Below, piece by piece: positions 17,527 to 27,794 of a stretch of 39,399 nucleotides of DNA; position 1 is the stretch's first letter, and each line of letters begins with the position of its first letter. The position numbers and the translations under genes were made by a program. Location: positions 1 to 39,399 of the IMG/VR virus record IMGVR_UViG_3300048575_000460. One strand, given 5' to 3'. Under the pieces are notes generated by a model. It made no database searches and was not told where the DNA came from. It was given only the letters and a program-made list of their open reading frames with translations. Source of the stretch: a virus (taxonomy: Duplodnaviria; Caudoviricetes).

Positions 17527-20328
17527 ATGGGACGACATTCCGAACTAGCGGTGAAATTCACCGGCGATGCCCGATCCCTGTCGGAAGCATTCCGTGTAGT
17601 GAATGCGGACTTGGCCAAGACGGCAGCGCAGGTGAATCGGCAAACGGTTGGCTTCCGCCAGATGGGGGAAGGTGCCGCGGCGGTAGGGCAATCCCTGTCG
17701 TTGGGTATTACTGTGCCGCTGGTGGGGCTGGGAGCCGCGGCGCTGAAGTCTGCCGGAGCAATCGAGCAGACGGGTGTGGCTTTCACTGGCATGCTTAAGA
17801 GTTCCGCCGCGGCGAAGGCCAAGATGGAGGAACTAAAAGCCTTTGCCGCAAGCTCTCCTTTCGAGTTTCCCGAGCTAGCGGATTCGGCGCGGCGAATGTT
17901 GGCCCTGGGTATTTCGGCGAAGGATGTGGTGCCGACGCTGCGCACCGTTGGCGATGCTGCATCAGCATTGGGAATTGGAGCGGAAGGCATCAATCGCATC
18001 ACGTTGGCGATTGGGCAAATGAAGCTGAAAGGGACGGCGCAGGCTGAAGAAATGCGCCAGTTGGCGGAAGCCGGAATCCCGGCCTGGGACGCGCTGGCGA
18101 AAAAGCTGAATGTGGACGTGGCTGCGGCCATGAAGATGGTTGAAAACCGTAGTGTTTCGGCGCAGGTTGCTATCGACGCCGTGACAGAGGCAATGACGGA
18201 ACGCTTCGGTGGCGGCATGGCGGCGCAGGCGATGACATTGGTCGGCATGTGGTCGAACGTACGGGACTCCGTAGGATTTGCCCTTGCTGATATCGGGAAG
18301 TCGATGGCTCCGGCCGCCAAGATGCTGATCACTGACTTTATTCAGCCAAGCATTGAAGGAGTGAAGTGGTTGGCCGCCGAGTTCGCAGAGTTGCCTGTAT
18401 CGGCGCAAGCAGCGGTATTGGGTTTGGCCGGCATCACCGCGACGGCTGGACCTGTTGTGTTCGTGATGGGGCAACTGGTGCAATCTGGTGCCGCGGTGGC
18501 GACGGCATGGCCTGTCGTGACCAAAGCGCTGGCAGCTACCGGTGCGATGGCGGTGGACTTGGGAGCGAAGCTGAGCGGCAGTTTGGCGGTGTCTGTCGGA
18601 TTGTTGAAGCTTTCCGCTATTGAGGCCGCAGGTGTCTTTGGAGTTTGGGCCGCAGCAATTGCAGGATTAATTTGGGAGCTGAATTACCTTCACGGAGTCT
18701 ACAAGCAATACCGCGACGCTCAAGCAGCGATGGATGTCGCCACGAAGAGCAATGTCTATGCGCAAGATCTTCTGATCATCAAGTTACAGCAGCACGGCGT
18801 CAATGTGGCGGAACTGCAGCAGCAGTACAAGACGGGGATGCTCACTTACGATGAATTCCTCAGGAAGTTAAGGGCGATCGCGGCCGAGCTTGGGAATCAG
18901 AAGAAAGCGGAGGGGCTTTTCGACTCCACTGTGGAGATGAATAAGCTCGGCATCAAGACGACTGCGCAGTTGAGTGAGGAATTGAAGAAGGCGAAGGAGT
19001 TGCTCTCTGAGATTGCTCAGGAAGTCCAGCATGGGACCAAGTCTCATCAGGACTTGGCGAATGCGCAGGATCGAGTACGCCAGATCAATGAGCAGTTGCA
19101 TCCCTCACTCCGGAAGACCAAGGACGTTCTGGAGCAGATGTCGGGCCCCATGCAAGGCCCTATTAGCCTCATGGATGAGCTGTCGAGCAAGATGGCACAG
19201 TTGGCGCAAGCTGATGCCAATCAGGGCATGCAGGCGACGGCGCAGGCGATCTATGACGTGGCTCAGAAATCCGCTGATGCGAGTAATCTCGTGGCTGATT
19301 ACGCCAAGCAGTTGTATGGAGCTGGTTTGGCCGCTGACGTAATTGCGGGCAAAATGACAGCGGTTCGCGATGCCATCCTGAACAAGCCAGAGCCGGTGGC
19401 TGTCGATTTTTCGCAGCTTAAGTTGGATACCCCTTGGACCAAGGAAGACCAGGCGCAGCTCAATGAACTGGAGAAGTCGATTCGGACGATTGAGACAGTC
19501 GGTGCGAAAGAGGAATGGAAGCAACTCTTTAGGCCGGTGGTGAGCCAGCGCAAGATGCTGCAGGAAGTCTCCACGATCATGAATGATCTGGATCGCGGCA
19601 TTGCGAGTGCGATCGTTCACTGGAAGGGATTTGGCGATGTCGGCAAGCAGGTGGCGCAGGACATCGCGCAGGCAGTACTCCGCAATCTGATTCGAGGCGC
19701 GTTTGCGGAATTGAGTAAGTCAATCACGGGTTGCTTCGGGCAATTGCAGGGACTTGGTGGCGCACTCTCATCCATATTCGGCGGTGGATCAAGCGGGGGG
19801 CTGCTGAGCGGCGCAGTTGGCCTCACTGGCATCTTTCGCAACAGTAGCGGGAATAACCCGCTGGCCGGGATGGGTGGAATCTTCTCGGGAGTCAATTGGA
19901 GCCAGTTCCCTGGCGCTCCGACTGGCGCTGCGAGCAGCGCGGTTAGTGCAGGCTTGGGCGGCATTATGGGAATCGCGACCGGTGCAATCAGCGCCGTGAC
20001 CGGGATCATATCCGGATTTCAGGGGATGGCGACCAATAAATCCTTGGATGTCCTTGTGAGGCATACTCTCCAGATCACGCTCCAGTTGGAAGCGTTCATG
20101 AAGCTGTTGGATGTTCGCACTGTAGCTCTTCATGACCGCTTGATGGAATTCCGGCAACTCGGCCTGGGGGTTTGGCCGCAAGAGGGGTACGCCTGGGCGG
20201 CGGCCGGGCCTGGGGCCGGTGGCGGCGGTGGAATCACGATCAATAACTACAATCCTGGCTGGATCGGATTCCGCGACATGGATGCGTTCTGGGCGGAGGC
20301 CGCCCGCCAGATCAAGGCCCGTCTGTAG
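17527..20328 (+). CDS. Tail tape measure protein
   Basis: 933 aa, Ala-rich helical; AFTGML...FAASSPFE..EL...AEEMRQLAEAGIP tape-measure domain; ITINNY near C-terminus. Confidence 0.95.
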   Translation: MGRHSELAVKFTGDARSLSEAFRVVNADLAKTAAQVNRQTVGFRQMGEGAAAVGQSLSLGITVPLVGLGAAALKSAGAIEQTGVAFTGMLKSSAAAKAKMEELKAFAASSPFEFPELADSARRMLALGISAKDVVPTLRTVGDAASALGIGAEGINRITLAIGQMKLKGTAQAEEMRQLAEAGIPAWDALAKKLNVDVAAAMKMVENRSVSAQVAIDAVTEAMTERFGGGMAAQAMTLVGMWSNVRDSVGFALADIGKSMAPAAKMLITDFIQPSIEGVKWLAAEFAELPVSAQAAVLGLAGITATAGPVVFVMGQLVQSGAAVATAWPVVTKALAATGAMAVDLGAKLSGSLAVSVGLLKLSAIEAAGVFGVWAAAIAGLIWELNYLHGVYKQYRDAQAAMDVATKSNVYAQDLLIIKLQQHGVNVAELQQQYKTGMLTYDEFLRKLRAIAAELGNQKKAEGLFDSTVEMNKLGIKTTAQLSEELKKAKELLSEIAQEVQHGTKSHQDLANAQDRVRQINEQLHPSLRKTKDVLEQMSGPMQGPISLMDELSSKMAQLAQADANQGMQATAQAIYDVAQKSADASNLVADYAKQLYGAGLAADVIAGKMTAVRDAILNKPEPVAVDFSQLKLDTPWTKEDQAQLNELEKSIRTIETVGAKEEWKQLFRPVVSQRKMLQEVSTIMNDLDRGIASAIVHWKGFGDVGKQVAQDIAQAVLRNLIRGAFAELSKSITGCFGQLQGLGGALSSIFGGGSSGGLLSGAVGLTGIFRNSSGNNPLAGMGGIFSGVNWSQFPGAPTGAASSAVSAGLGGIMGIATGAISAVTGIISGFQGMATNKSLDVLVRHTLQITLQLEAFMKLLDVRTVALHDRLMEFRQLGLGVWPQEGYAWAAAGPGAGGGGGITINNYNPGWIGFRDMDAFWAEAARQIKARL

Positions 20329-20330
20329 CA

Positions 20331-23300
20331 ATGCCCTCAACTTGGCTCATCACCATCGGCGCGGACAACGTCACCGATGAGGCGCAGTACGCCCATCGGA
20401 ATATCGCCAAGGGCTCGCTGTCCGTATCGCAGTCTCTGGGCGGCCGCCGCGCTGGCGTTATGACGGTGAATAGTCCAGACGGCACGTACGGCGTCGAGCC
20501 TGGACGCGAGGTCGCGATCTCTCGCAAGGGCGTGAAGCTGTACGGCGGCTTCGTGTGGTCTCAGGACCCGGTGATCGAGGCCGGTACGCCGATGGTGCGC
20601 AACGGCTTGACGCTGGTCGATTTCAACGCCTTCGCTGATTGGCGCCGCGCTGGAGAGCGCACGTGGAAGGATGCCACTGCTGAGCAGATTGTCGCCGATA
20701 TCGTGGCTTACGATCTCGATGCCGAAGGCATCACGAGTACCTTTGTGGCATGCGCCACGGTGATCAAGGGCGAGTACAAGATAGTTGGTTTCCCGAAGGT
20801 CTCGGAGGTCTTAAACGACCTGGCACAGCGCGCTGAGGCGCAATGGTACATCGATGAACACAAGAACCTGCGGTTCTTCGACGCCGATGCCACCGGCTAC
20901 GCCGCGCCGTTCGAGGTCACTCGCGACAATGTCACGGAGCTCAAGATCTCAAAGACGTTGGAGGACTACGCCAACAAGGTGAAGCTCAATCTCCGGCAGT
21001 ACCTCATGCCAGAGGCTGTCGAGCGATTCGATAGCGAGCATGCCAGTTATCCGCCGGATGGCGCCCGCCGCGACTATGCGGTGCCGTATCCGATCGCCTC
21101 AGCTCCGATTGTCACGCTGAACGGAACGAAGGTGGATCTCGGCCAGGCAGGCGTAGAGGCAGATGCGGAGAAGCCCTGGTTCTGGTCGCCTGGGTCGCAA
21201 TTCATCTCTCAGGTGAACACTGGTACGCCGTTGGCGGCAACCGACGTGCTGGTAGTGACGTATATCGGCATCGGCCAACTCACGGTAGACGCGACCAATG
21301 ATGCGGAAGTGGCGGCGCGCGCCGCGATCGAGGGCGGATCTGGTTTCCACGTCAAAGTCGTCTCGGTGGAGGATCAGAAGTCCCAGCAGCAGGCGGATGA
21401 GTTGGCGGCCTCGATTCTGGCGGCCGTCGACGAGTTGCCCGTCACGGTGAATTTCCGGACGAACTCTGAATTGGAGCCGGCATGCGATGTGCTGAAACCC
21501 GGTGACAAGTTGTGGGTACTCGGTAGCCAGTACATCGTACGCTCGATCAAGCTGCAGGATGATCCGAATAGCAAGGATCCTGATCTGCTCTGGCTCGATG
21601 CCGAAGCAGTTCGCGGTCCCATGCTGCAGGATTTAAGCGGGATTCTGCGCGACCTGGCATCAGGCGGCAACACCATCCCGGTCGGAGCGCCGGTGGACGA
21701 TTCCGCGGCACCGCCCCAAACGGCAACCGAAGGGGACAACATGATCCCCGATGGTTCGTTCGAGGTGGGGGGCTGGGATAGCAACACGGAGATCTCTGCT
21801 CGGGTGTCGCGCGTAACCGGCGGCTCTGTGCACGGCACCGCTCACCTTGAGGTGACCTCTGGTGCTGATACGGGCGGTGTGTACTCGGCCGCGTTCCCAG
21901 TGAGTGAGGGGCTGTCGATAGTCTTCGAGGGCTGGAGCCAGCGCATCGGCTTGGTGACCGATGGCCTGGTTATCGAAGCGCGGTTCTACGATTCGGCCGA
22001 AGGGGAGTTGTCGGGACTGCTGACTAAATCCATCCTGTCTGGCGACGATGCGGATTGGGTGAGCTTTAGCGTGGTCGGCACAGTCCCGGCTGGAGCAGTG
22101 ACAGCGCGGGTGTTCGCTTATGCGGGCGGCCATTCGACAGGCGTGCTGAAGGTGGATGGGCTTACGCTCCGGCGCTATTCCGCCATCGCGGCTCCGCCGC
22201 CGATGGTGAGCATCTCAGCAAGCGTGGCGCAGGATGGCTACGGTGTCGTCACCATCATCGCCGCGTGGGAGCAACCAGGAGACCTTGGCAGTACGACGGC
22301 GCACCAGATCAGCGCCGCATGGTTTGGCGCTGAAGACGCGATCGATCCAGTGGATGTGGTTCCGCTGAACGATCCGGATTACAGACTGGACGTCAGGGAT
22401 GGCGAGTTCATCTTCGGCGGCCCTGAGGCTGACAGTTGGATCGAGATTTGGGGGGCGAACAAGAACGGCGACGATAAATTCTCTGTTTTTGCCAAGTCGG
22501 CACGACACCTCTTGACTCCAGGTATTGCATTGTCCGATGCGCCAGGGGACGTCCAGCTTGACACCGCGGCGCCGGCGCTTATTTGGACGGGCGAGCTGCT
22601 CACGATTGTGCACCGCTATGCGCCCAACTACCCGACGATCACTCGCTTCTCTCCTACTCTCGGGGCGTATATCTCGATCGAGTATGGCGACGCGGTGACC
22701 GACTCCGTTGACCAGCCGTACACCGCGAATGCGGAACTCGATCCGCCCGACAATCTGCAGCAGTTCGAGGTCTCGATTCGCAAGTCGCAGATTATCGCAG
22801 TGGAGCCAGATGAGGACGGGAATCGGACGATCTACTTGCACGCCTGTGGATATGACGATAAGGGTAGGGTTGGCTACAAGCCATTCCCATATCAAGCGTC
22901 CTCCGCAACGCGGGCGATTTCGTTCACGCAGCATGATCTTGATGGGATTGAGGCCAGTGTGGCTCCCAAGGCCCCTGGCGGCGCAACGTTGAACATCACG
23001 GTCAACAACGCTGTTTCGCTGGAAAAATACGCGCCCACGTACTCTTGGACTCCAGCAATTTCCTTGGGTGGAACAGATCGATACGAGATCGAATCTGCGT
23101 TCGGTGCGACGGCTGGATTCGCGCCCACGGAATGGATCAATAGAACTCCTATCGCTGGAGGGGCAACTGCCTCATATACGGGTGGGCCATACCCGAAAAT
23201 CGAAATCGATCAGTACATCAAATTCCGAATCCGTGCCGGCAACAATGAGGGTGAGTGGACAGGCTGGGTAGTAATGACGGCGCCTGGCGCGCTTGTTCTG

Positions 23301-25673
23301 GCGAAGGGCATCTACTCCGTACCTGGCACGCCGATCATTGACTTTGCGCCATCCCTGGAGATTTTCAGTGGTTCCCGAGATGGGCGGATGTACGGCTTTA
23401 TCTGCTACTGGAAGGAGGCGGCAGATCTTTCCGCGACGGATAGCTACCAACTGGAGCGCAAATTCTGGGAGGACTCTCCAGGGACGATTGTCGCATCGGA
23501 ATGGGCTGCCCTGGGTGATGCGCCAAAGAACATCGCTGTGCTGGGAATTGCTTCTCGCCGGTTCGGTGGAGATTGGCCTCGGCAGGAAAAATCATACTTC
23601 GCAGAGTTTCGCATTCGTGGGAGGAATGCGGCAGGGACGGTGTTTTCGCCGTGGGCGTATAGTGCGACGAATGGTGCGCTTGGGTATCGAGAGGGATTGG
23701 TCGAAGTTGCGCCAAATCCGAATCCGCCGTCGCCAACCGGCCTCACGTTGACCATTGAAGTCGCGACTCTCAACGGCGCGCCGCAATACCGCTTCCGCGG
23801 CGAATTGGCTGCCAACGTCTCCCTCGGCACCACCAAGAGGTATGGGTGGGAGCATGCCGTTTTCGATGATGCTGCGGCATCGGAGGGCGGCGTACATCAG
23901 ATGACGCCGTGGCATGAGTGGGACAGTGGCCCTACGAGTGCACTGGTTAAGGCGTCGCCGTACTATGACAAAGCGCCTGGGACTTACTATGGCCGCATTC
24001 GGGTTGTGCCATATAACGAAGACGATAGCCCTGGAACACCGCGCTACTCGAACATTGCTGCAATCGCGCCAACGACTGGGCTAAATCTCGGCGCGGCCGA
24101 TACTGCAAGCATCGGGCCTGGGCTCTACCTCGATAGCGGCAAGGTTGGGAATGCAGCTCGCCAGAGCCTGATGGGCGGCGACATGGAGAAGGGCGCTGAG
24201 TCGGTGTGGGGTTTGCTGTCGGCGGCGTTTGTGGATGGTGTTGGAGTCAACGGATCTCGGGCAGTGCGCTTGTCGCCAGCAGGAGGATTTGCGCGCGTTG
24301 ACCAGTGGGTCACCGTGCAGCCGGGCGAATGGTACAAGGCCGTCTGGCAGGCGCGCAATCAGACGTCCGGGTCGATGCAGTCGTGGATCGCGTGGGCCGA
24401 CTCAGCGGGAGCATACCTGCCGAGTCCCAACACCAGCACTAATGGTCCCAACATTACTACGACCGCATACAGCGGCTACCAGATGTTGGTGCAGGCTCCG
24501 CCTGGCGCTACGCGAGCACAATTGGTGCCGGGCTACTCCACGGCCGCCAGTGGGACTGGAGACGTTGATGCGGTTGGCTGGGAAGGGATGCCCAAGCCAG
24601 CGGCGGGTGTGGGCTATGACTCCAGTGGGAATCTGGTAAGCACCCGCGATGGGATCAATGACCCGCAGTTCGCCTTCGGCGGAGGCGACTGGAAGACGGT
24701 CGATGGATCGGGGAATCTTGTTGTTCTGGATTCTCGGTTTGCTGTGGTAGCTGGGCATGGATTTGGCGGAACGGCGGCAATGCGGATGCAGGCCACCGGC
24801 AGCGGAGCCACGCAATTGCATCAGCGCCAGACTGCGGCCCCTGGATCCAATTGGCGCGTGAGGGGAATGGTCAAAAATGAGACCAACGGAAACTTCGCGG
24901 TGCAGTGCGCCTTCTACGATGCGGCCGGAGCGCAAATCGCGACTGGCCAACCGGTCACCCAGGTCTCGGCTGCGCCTGGCGTACAGCAGACTACGGTCAA
25001 CGCCCAGGCTGCTCCATCCGGCACAGTCAAGGTGGGGATCAAGGTCTACACGCTCGGAAATAGCGGTTATGCCTACGTAAGTATGATCTCTTTGGAGCCG
25101 GCCGATGCTGTTGGGGCGGCCCTTGCGCGGGTTGTGACCACCGGTGTTGTCGGTGTTGGAGACTACTCACTCACTGAGCAACTGATCGCGGATGCGCAGA
25201 TCACGGCGCGAACCTCGGCAAACAATTTAATCGGCCGCACAGCGCAGATTGATGTGGGCGTAATTGTGGCGGCCCACATCAATAGCCTGACAGCACTGGA
25301 CGCCTTCATCAGAAATTTGAGCGTGAGCCAGATCACGGGCGGTGGGTTTTTGAGTCTCACTTCGGCGCTGGATATTTCGACCGGCTTTGGGCATGCCGCC
25401 AGCATCAGCCAACTTGGTGCAAGTTTTGACGGCCCTGTAGTCGGGCCTTCGTTTTTCACATTTGGCGGATATGGAGTTGGAAGCCTCGGGAAGGGGTTTT
25501 TTACGGCCATCCAGGTTGGTGGATCTGATGGAGTATCGGGAACTGGTCCGGGAATTACTGTAACCAACGGAATAATCACCGGGTTAACATTTATGCCCCC
25601 ACGATTCAGTGGGACTGTTCCGGCTGGCCACGATATTACCGTGTCAGACGGAGTAGTAACAGGATGGATTTAG
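20331..25673 (+). CDS. Tail tip/hub and host-specificity protein with repeated FN3-like and carbohydrate-binding-like domains
   Basis: N-terminal hub pattern (LNDLA....WYIDEHKNLRFF); three CBM-like units (NMIPDGSFE, LMGGDME, INDPQF); FN3-like repeats; gpJ-like IVAAHINSL segment near the C-terminus. Confidence 0.85.
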   Translation: MPSTWLITIGADNVTDEAQYAHRNIAKGSLSVSQSLGGRRAGVMTVNSPDGTYGVEPGREVAISRKGVKLYGGFVWSQDPVIEAGTPMVRNGLTLVDFNAFADWRRAGERTWKDATAEQIVADIVAYDLDAEGITSTFVACATVIKGEYKIVGFPKVSEVLNDLAQRAEAQWYIDEHKNLRFFDADATGYAAPFEVTRDNVTELKISKTLEDYANKVKLNLRQYLMPEAVERFDSEHASYPPDGARRDYAVPYPIASAPIVTLNGTKVDLGQAGVEADAEKPWFWSPGSQFISQVNTGTPLAATDVLVVTYIGIGQLTVDATNDAEVAARAAIEGGSGFHVKVVSVEDQKSQQQADELAASILAAVDELPVTVNFRTNSELEPACDVLKPGDKLWVLGSQYIVRSIKLQDDPNSKDPDLLWLDAEAVRGPMLQDLSGILRDLASGGNTIPVGAPVDDSAAPPQTATEGDNMIPDGSFEVGGWDSNTEISARVSRVTGGSVHGTAHLEVTSGADTGGVYSAAFPVSEGLSIVFEGWSQRIGLVTDGLVIEARFYDSAEGELSGLLTKSILSGDDADWVSFSVVGTVPAGAVTARVFAYAGGHSTGVLKVDGLTLRRYSAIAAPPPMVSISASVAQDGYGVVTIIAAWEQPGDLGSTTAHQISAAWFGAEDAIDPVDVVPLNDPDYRLDVRDGEFIFGGPEADSWIEIWGANKNGDDKFSVFAKSARHLLTPGIALSDAPGDVQLDTAAPALIWTGELLTIVHRYAPNYPTITRFSPTLGAYISIEYGDAVTDSVDQPYTANAELDPPDNLQQFEVSIRKSQIIAVEPDEDGNRTIYLHACGYDDKGRVGYKPFPYQASSATRAISFTQHDLDGIEASVAPKAPGGATLNITVNNAVSLEKYAPTYSWTPAISLGGTDRYEIESAFGATAGFAPTEWINRTPIAGGATASYTGGPYPKIEIDQYIKFRIRAGNNEGEWTGWVVMTAPGALVLAKGIYSVPGTPIIDFAPSLEIFSGSRDGRMYGFICYWKEAADLSATDSYQLERKFWEDSPGTIVASEWAALGDAPKNIAVLGIASRRFGGDWPRQEKSYFAEFRIRGRNAAGTVFSPWAYSATNGALGYREGLVEVAPNPNPPSPTGLTLTIEVATLNGAPQYRFRGELAANVSLGTTKRYGWEHAVFDDAAASEGGVHQMTPWHEWDSGPTSALVKASPYYDKAPGTYYGRIRVVPYNEDDSPGTPRYSNIAAIAPTTGLNLGAADTASIGPGLYLDSGKVGNAARQSLMGGDMEKGAESVWGLLSAAFVDGVGVNGSRAVRLSPAGGFARVDQWVTVQPGEWYKAVWQARNQTSGSMQSWIAWADSAGAYLPSPNTSTNGPNITTTAYSGYQMLVQAPPGATRAQLVPGYSTAASGTGDVDAVGWEGMPKPAAGVGYDSSGNLVSTRDGINDPQFAFGGGDWKTVDGSGNLVVLDSRFAVVAGHGFGGTAAMRMQATGSGATQLHQRQTAAPGSNWRVRGMVKNETNGNFAVQCAFYDAAGAQIATGQPVTQVSAAPGVQQTTVNAQAAPSGTVKVGIKVYTLGNSGYAYVSMISLEPADAVGAALARVVTTGVVGVGDYSLTEQLIADAQITARTSANNLIGRTAQIDVGVIVAAHINSLTALDAFIRNLSVSQITGGGFLSLTSALDISTGFGHAASISQLGASFDGPVVGPSFFTFGGYGVGSLGKGFFTAIQVGGSDGVSGTGPGITVTNGIITGLTFMPPRFSGTVPAGHDITVSDGVVTGWI

Positions 25674-25680
25674 GAGAAAT

Positions 25681-25884
25681 ATGTCAGAAGAACAAATCAA
25701 CGACATCGCGGCGGACCTCGCCGACACCCTCGCCGCTGGCGGAGTGATGCAGTTTTCCATTGGCCGGAATCAGATCGGCCTGAGCATCAGCGTGGTGCAG
25801 TCCACAACGATTCGGGGCGTAACGGGGCCGTCTTCGAAGTCCTGGACGGTCCAGCCCTACAACCCGCCCGCCCCGCAGCAATGA
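25681..25884 (+). CDS. Hypothetical protein
   Basis: AGGAG RBS immediately after the tail gene stop. Confidence 0.7.
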   Translation: MSEEQINDIAADLADTLAAGGVMQFSIGRNQIGLSISVVQSTTIRGVTGPSSKSWTVQPYNPPAPQQ

Positions 25885-25964
25885 CCCTCTCAATCATCAC
25901 TCTTGCGGCCGCCGCTATGGTGCTGCTGGCGGTGCTGGTGAACGCGTGGAGGCGCATGAGATGA
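25881..25964 (+). CDS. 27-aa single-transmembrane peptide (lysis regulator candidate)
   Basis: MTLSIITLAAAAMVLLAVLVNAWRRMR; ATGA overlaps at both ends. Confidence 0.55.
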   Translation: MTLSIITLAAAAMVLLAVLVNAWRRMR

Positions 25965-26374
25965 TGCAACTCTCTCCCAACTTCCTTCGAGAAGAATTCC
26001 GGTGTCCGTGCTGCCAGCAGGCGGTGGTGAGCCCACGGCTGGTGATCGCGTTGGAGGAACTTCGCGCTAAGCTGCGCGCTCCCATCACGATCAACGCTGG
26101 CGGCGGATATCGCTGTCCGAGGCATAACGCGGCGGTCGGTGGGGCGCGTGCCAGCCAGCACTTGCTCGGTACGGCCGCCGACATCAGCAGCCGGAATATC
26201 TCCGGCCGCGATCTCTACGAAATGGCCTGCCAGGTTCCCAGTATCAATGGGCTTGGTCTGGCTCCCACTTGGATGCACGTGGACGTGCGGCCAGGCCCGC
26301 GCGTTCGTTGGATGTACCAATACGATCCGGGCCGGAAGGTCTGGATACAAACCCCTTGGAAGGAAGAAAAATGA
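25961..26374 (+). CDS. Endolysin, Peptidase M15A-type zinc peptidase
   Basis: LSPNF...EFRCPCC, GYRCPRHNAAVGGARASQHLLGTAADI, MHVDVR; GGAGG RBS before ATG 25961. Confidence 0.92.
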   Translation: MMQLSPNFLREEFRCPCCQQAVVSPRLVIALEELRAKLRAPITINAGGGYRCPRHNAAVGGARASQHLLGTAADISSRNISGRDLYEMACQVPSINGLGLAPTWMHVDVRPGPRVRWMYQYDPGRKVWIQTPWKEEK

Positions 26375-27069
26375 GCAAATGGAAATTGTCCGAGGTCATG
26401 CTGCTCGGCACGGCGCAGACGGCCAGCGAGAACTGTACGCTGGGGATTGCCCGGGCGGTGAAACGATTTCTGACGTTGGTCGGCATCGGTACCTTTTCGG
26501 ATGAGCCGTTCGTCCTGCTGGCCCCGCCGGGCATGGGCATCGGTGACAACAACCGGGTGCCGCTATCCGCGATTGAGGGGCCAATCCCTGAGGATCTTCA
26601 ACTCCACTGGAACGTGATGTTCTCCCTGGAGGTCGGCGGCGAGACCTACACCAACACCGTCGCCCTGGCCAGCATACCCAAACGCTTGACCGACTACGGG
26701 GACCTCACCAACAGCCTGGCCCACTTCATCCGCGAGCTGACGCAGATCGGCGAGACGCAGAAGATGCCCCAGATCATCGGATCGGCCGAAGGCCTGGCGT
26801 TGTACTGGGCGATGTCGTTCGGCTACCCGTATCCGCTCACGCAAGCGCCGCCGCCTCCGCCGCCTCCCGTGGTTCCGGCGCCAGCGCCGTATGAGCCGGC
26901 CATCAGTCCGGTGGGCGAGGAGGACGATCCCGGCGAGTTCGCGACACTGCCGGGGAGTCAGCTCTATCCCAACGGCGCCAAGGTGAAGGAGGCCCGCGGC
27001 GTGTTTATCAAGCGGTTCCGACCCGGATTCGGCGGGGGCTTCGCCTATTGGGCGCCGGTGCAGGAGTAG
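26371..27069 (+). CDS. Hypothetical protein with proline-rich linker inside the lysis cassette
   Basis: ATGA overlap with endolysin stop; coding-like codon use; APPPPPPPVVPAPAP. Confidence 0.7.
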   Translation: MSKWKLSEVMLLGTAQTASENCTLGIARAVKRFLTLVGIGTFSDEPFVLLAPPGMGIGDNNRVPLSAIEGPIPEDLQLHWNVMFSLEVGGETYTNTVALASIPKRLTDYGDLTNSLAHFIRELTQIGETQKMPQIIGSAEGLALYWAMSFGYPYPLTQAPPPPPPPVVPAPAPYEPAISPVGEEDDPGEFATLPGSQLYPNGAKVKEARGVFIKRFRPGFGGGFAYWAPVQE

Positions 27070-27096
27070 GGCAGTCGCAGATAAGGAGCGCGATCT

Positions 27097-27333
27097 ATGA
27101 AATGGCTCAAGCGAGTGTTCGTGGACAACTGGCGGACCACGGCGGCCGCCGTGATCTGTGTCGGTGGCGAGGTGACGAAGGCGATCGCGCCAGAGCACGC
27201 GGCCATCTGCGACACGGTGAAAACCGTCGCCATCATCTCCGGCATGTTGAGTGCCACTGACAGCAAGCTGATGGATCAGGTCGCCGGGCAGGTGAAGGGC
27301 ATCATCGGCACGGTGAAGAATCCGCCCAAGTAG
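27097..27333 (+). CDS. Holin-like small membrane protein
   Basis: TAAGGAG RBS; NWRTT...GMLSATD pattern with two moderately hydrophobic helices; near endolysin. Confidence 0.6.
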   Translation: MKWLKRVFVDNWRTTAAAVICVGGEVTKAIAPEHAAICDTVKTVAIISGMLSATDSKLMDQVAGQVKGIIGTVKNPPK

Positions 27334-27392
27334 CGCCTGGCTGTTGTGTCAACCCATGTCCGCGAGCTCCGGCTCGCGGACTTCAAAATCCC

Positions 27393-27785
27393 ATGAAAGA
27401 TAGGCCGCGGATGCAAGTAACAATCCTGAGTCTCGCTCTCTCCTCGCCCGTTTTCGCGGCCTTTGTCCAGGCGGCTCCAACATCTCCCGCCTGGGAGAAC
27501 TACGGCATCGCCGGCCTGGCAGCGGCCGCCTTTTACATGTTGGTGATGCAGCTTTTGAAACAGGCGGTGGCTGATCGAAAGGCATCGGAGGCACAGTTGA
27601 GCGCCCTCCTCCTCCAGATGAAAGAGGAGCGAGCGGCAAGCGAGGAGAGGTTTGGCGGATTGGTGGAGCAAGTGCTCCGCGGTGAGGAGCGGGCGGTGGA
27701 TGCTCTGACCGATGTGAGTAGGGAAGTGGGCGAGATGAAGGTGGCTCTTGGTAAGTGGTCGCCGCGGGAAGTGCGCGGAAATTGA
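27393..27785 (+). CDS. Membrane protein with coiled-coil tail (holin- or spanin-like)
   Basis: Hydrophobic N-terminus, TM segment YGIAGLAAAAFYMLVMQLL, charged coiled coil. Confidence 0.65.
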   Translation: MKDRPRMQVTILSLALSSPVFAAFVQAAPTSPAWENYGIAGLAAAAFYMLVMQLLKQAVADRKASEAQLSALLLQMKEERAASEERFGGLVEQVLRGEERAVDALTDVSREVGEMKVALGKWSPREVRGN

Positions 27786-27794
27786 GGTGAAGGC

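Noticed and set aside
17523-18332. 269-aa minus-strand ORF
   Set aside because: Antisense to the tape measure gene.
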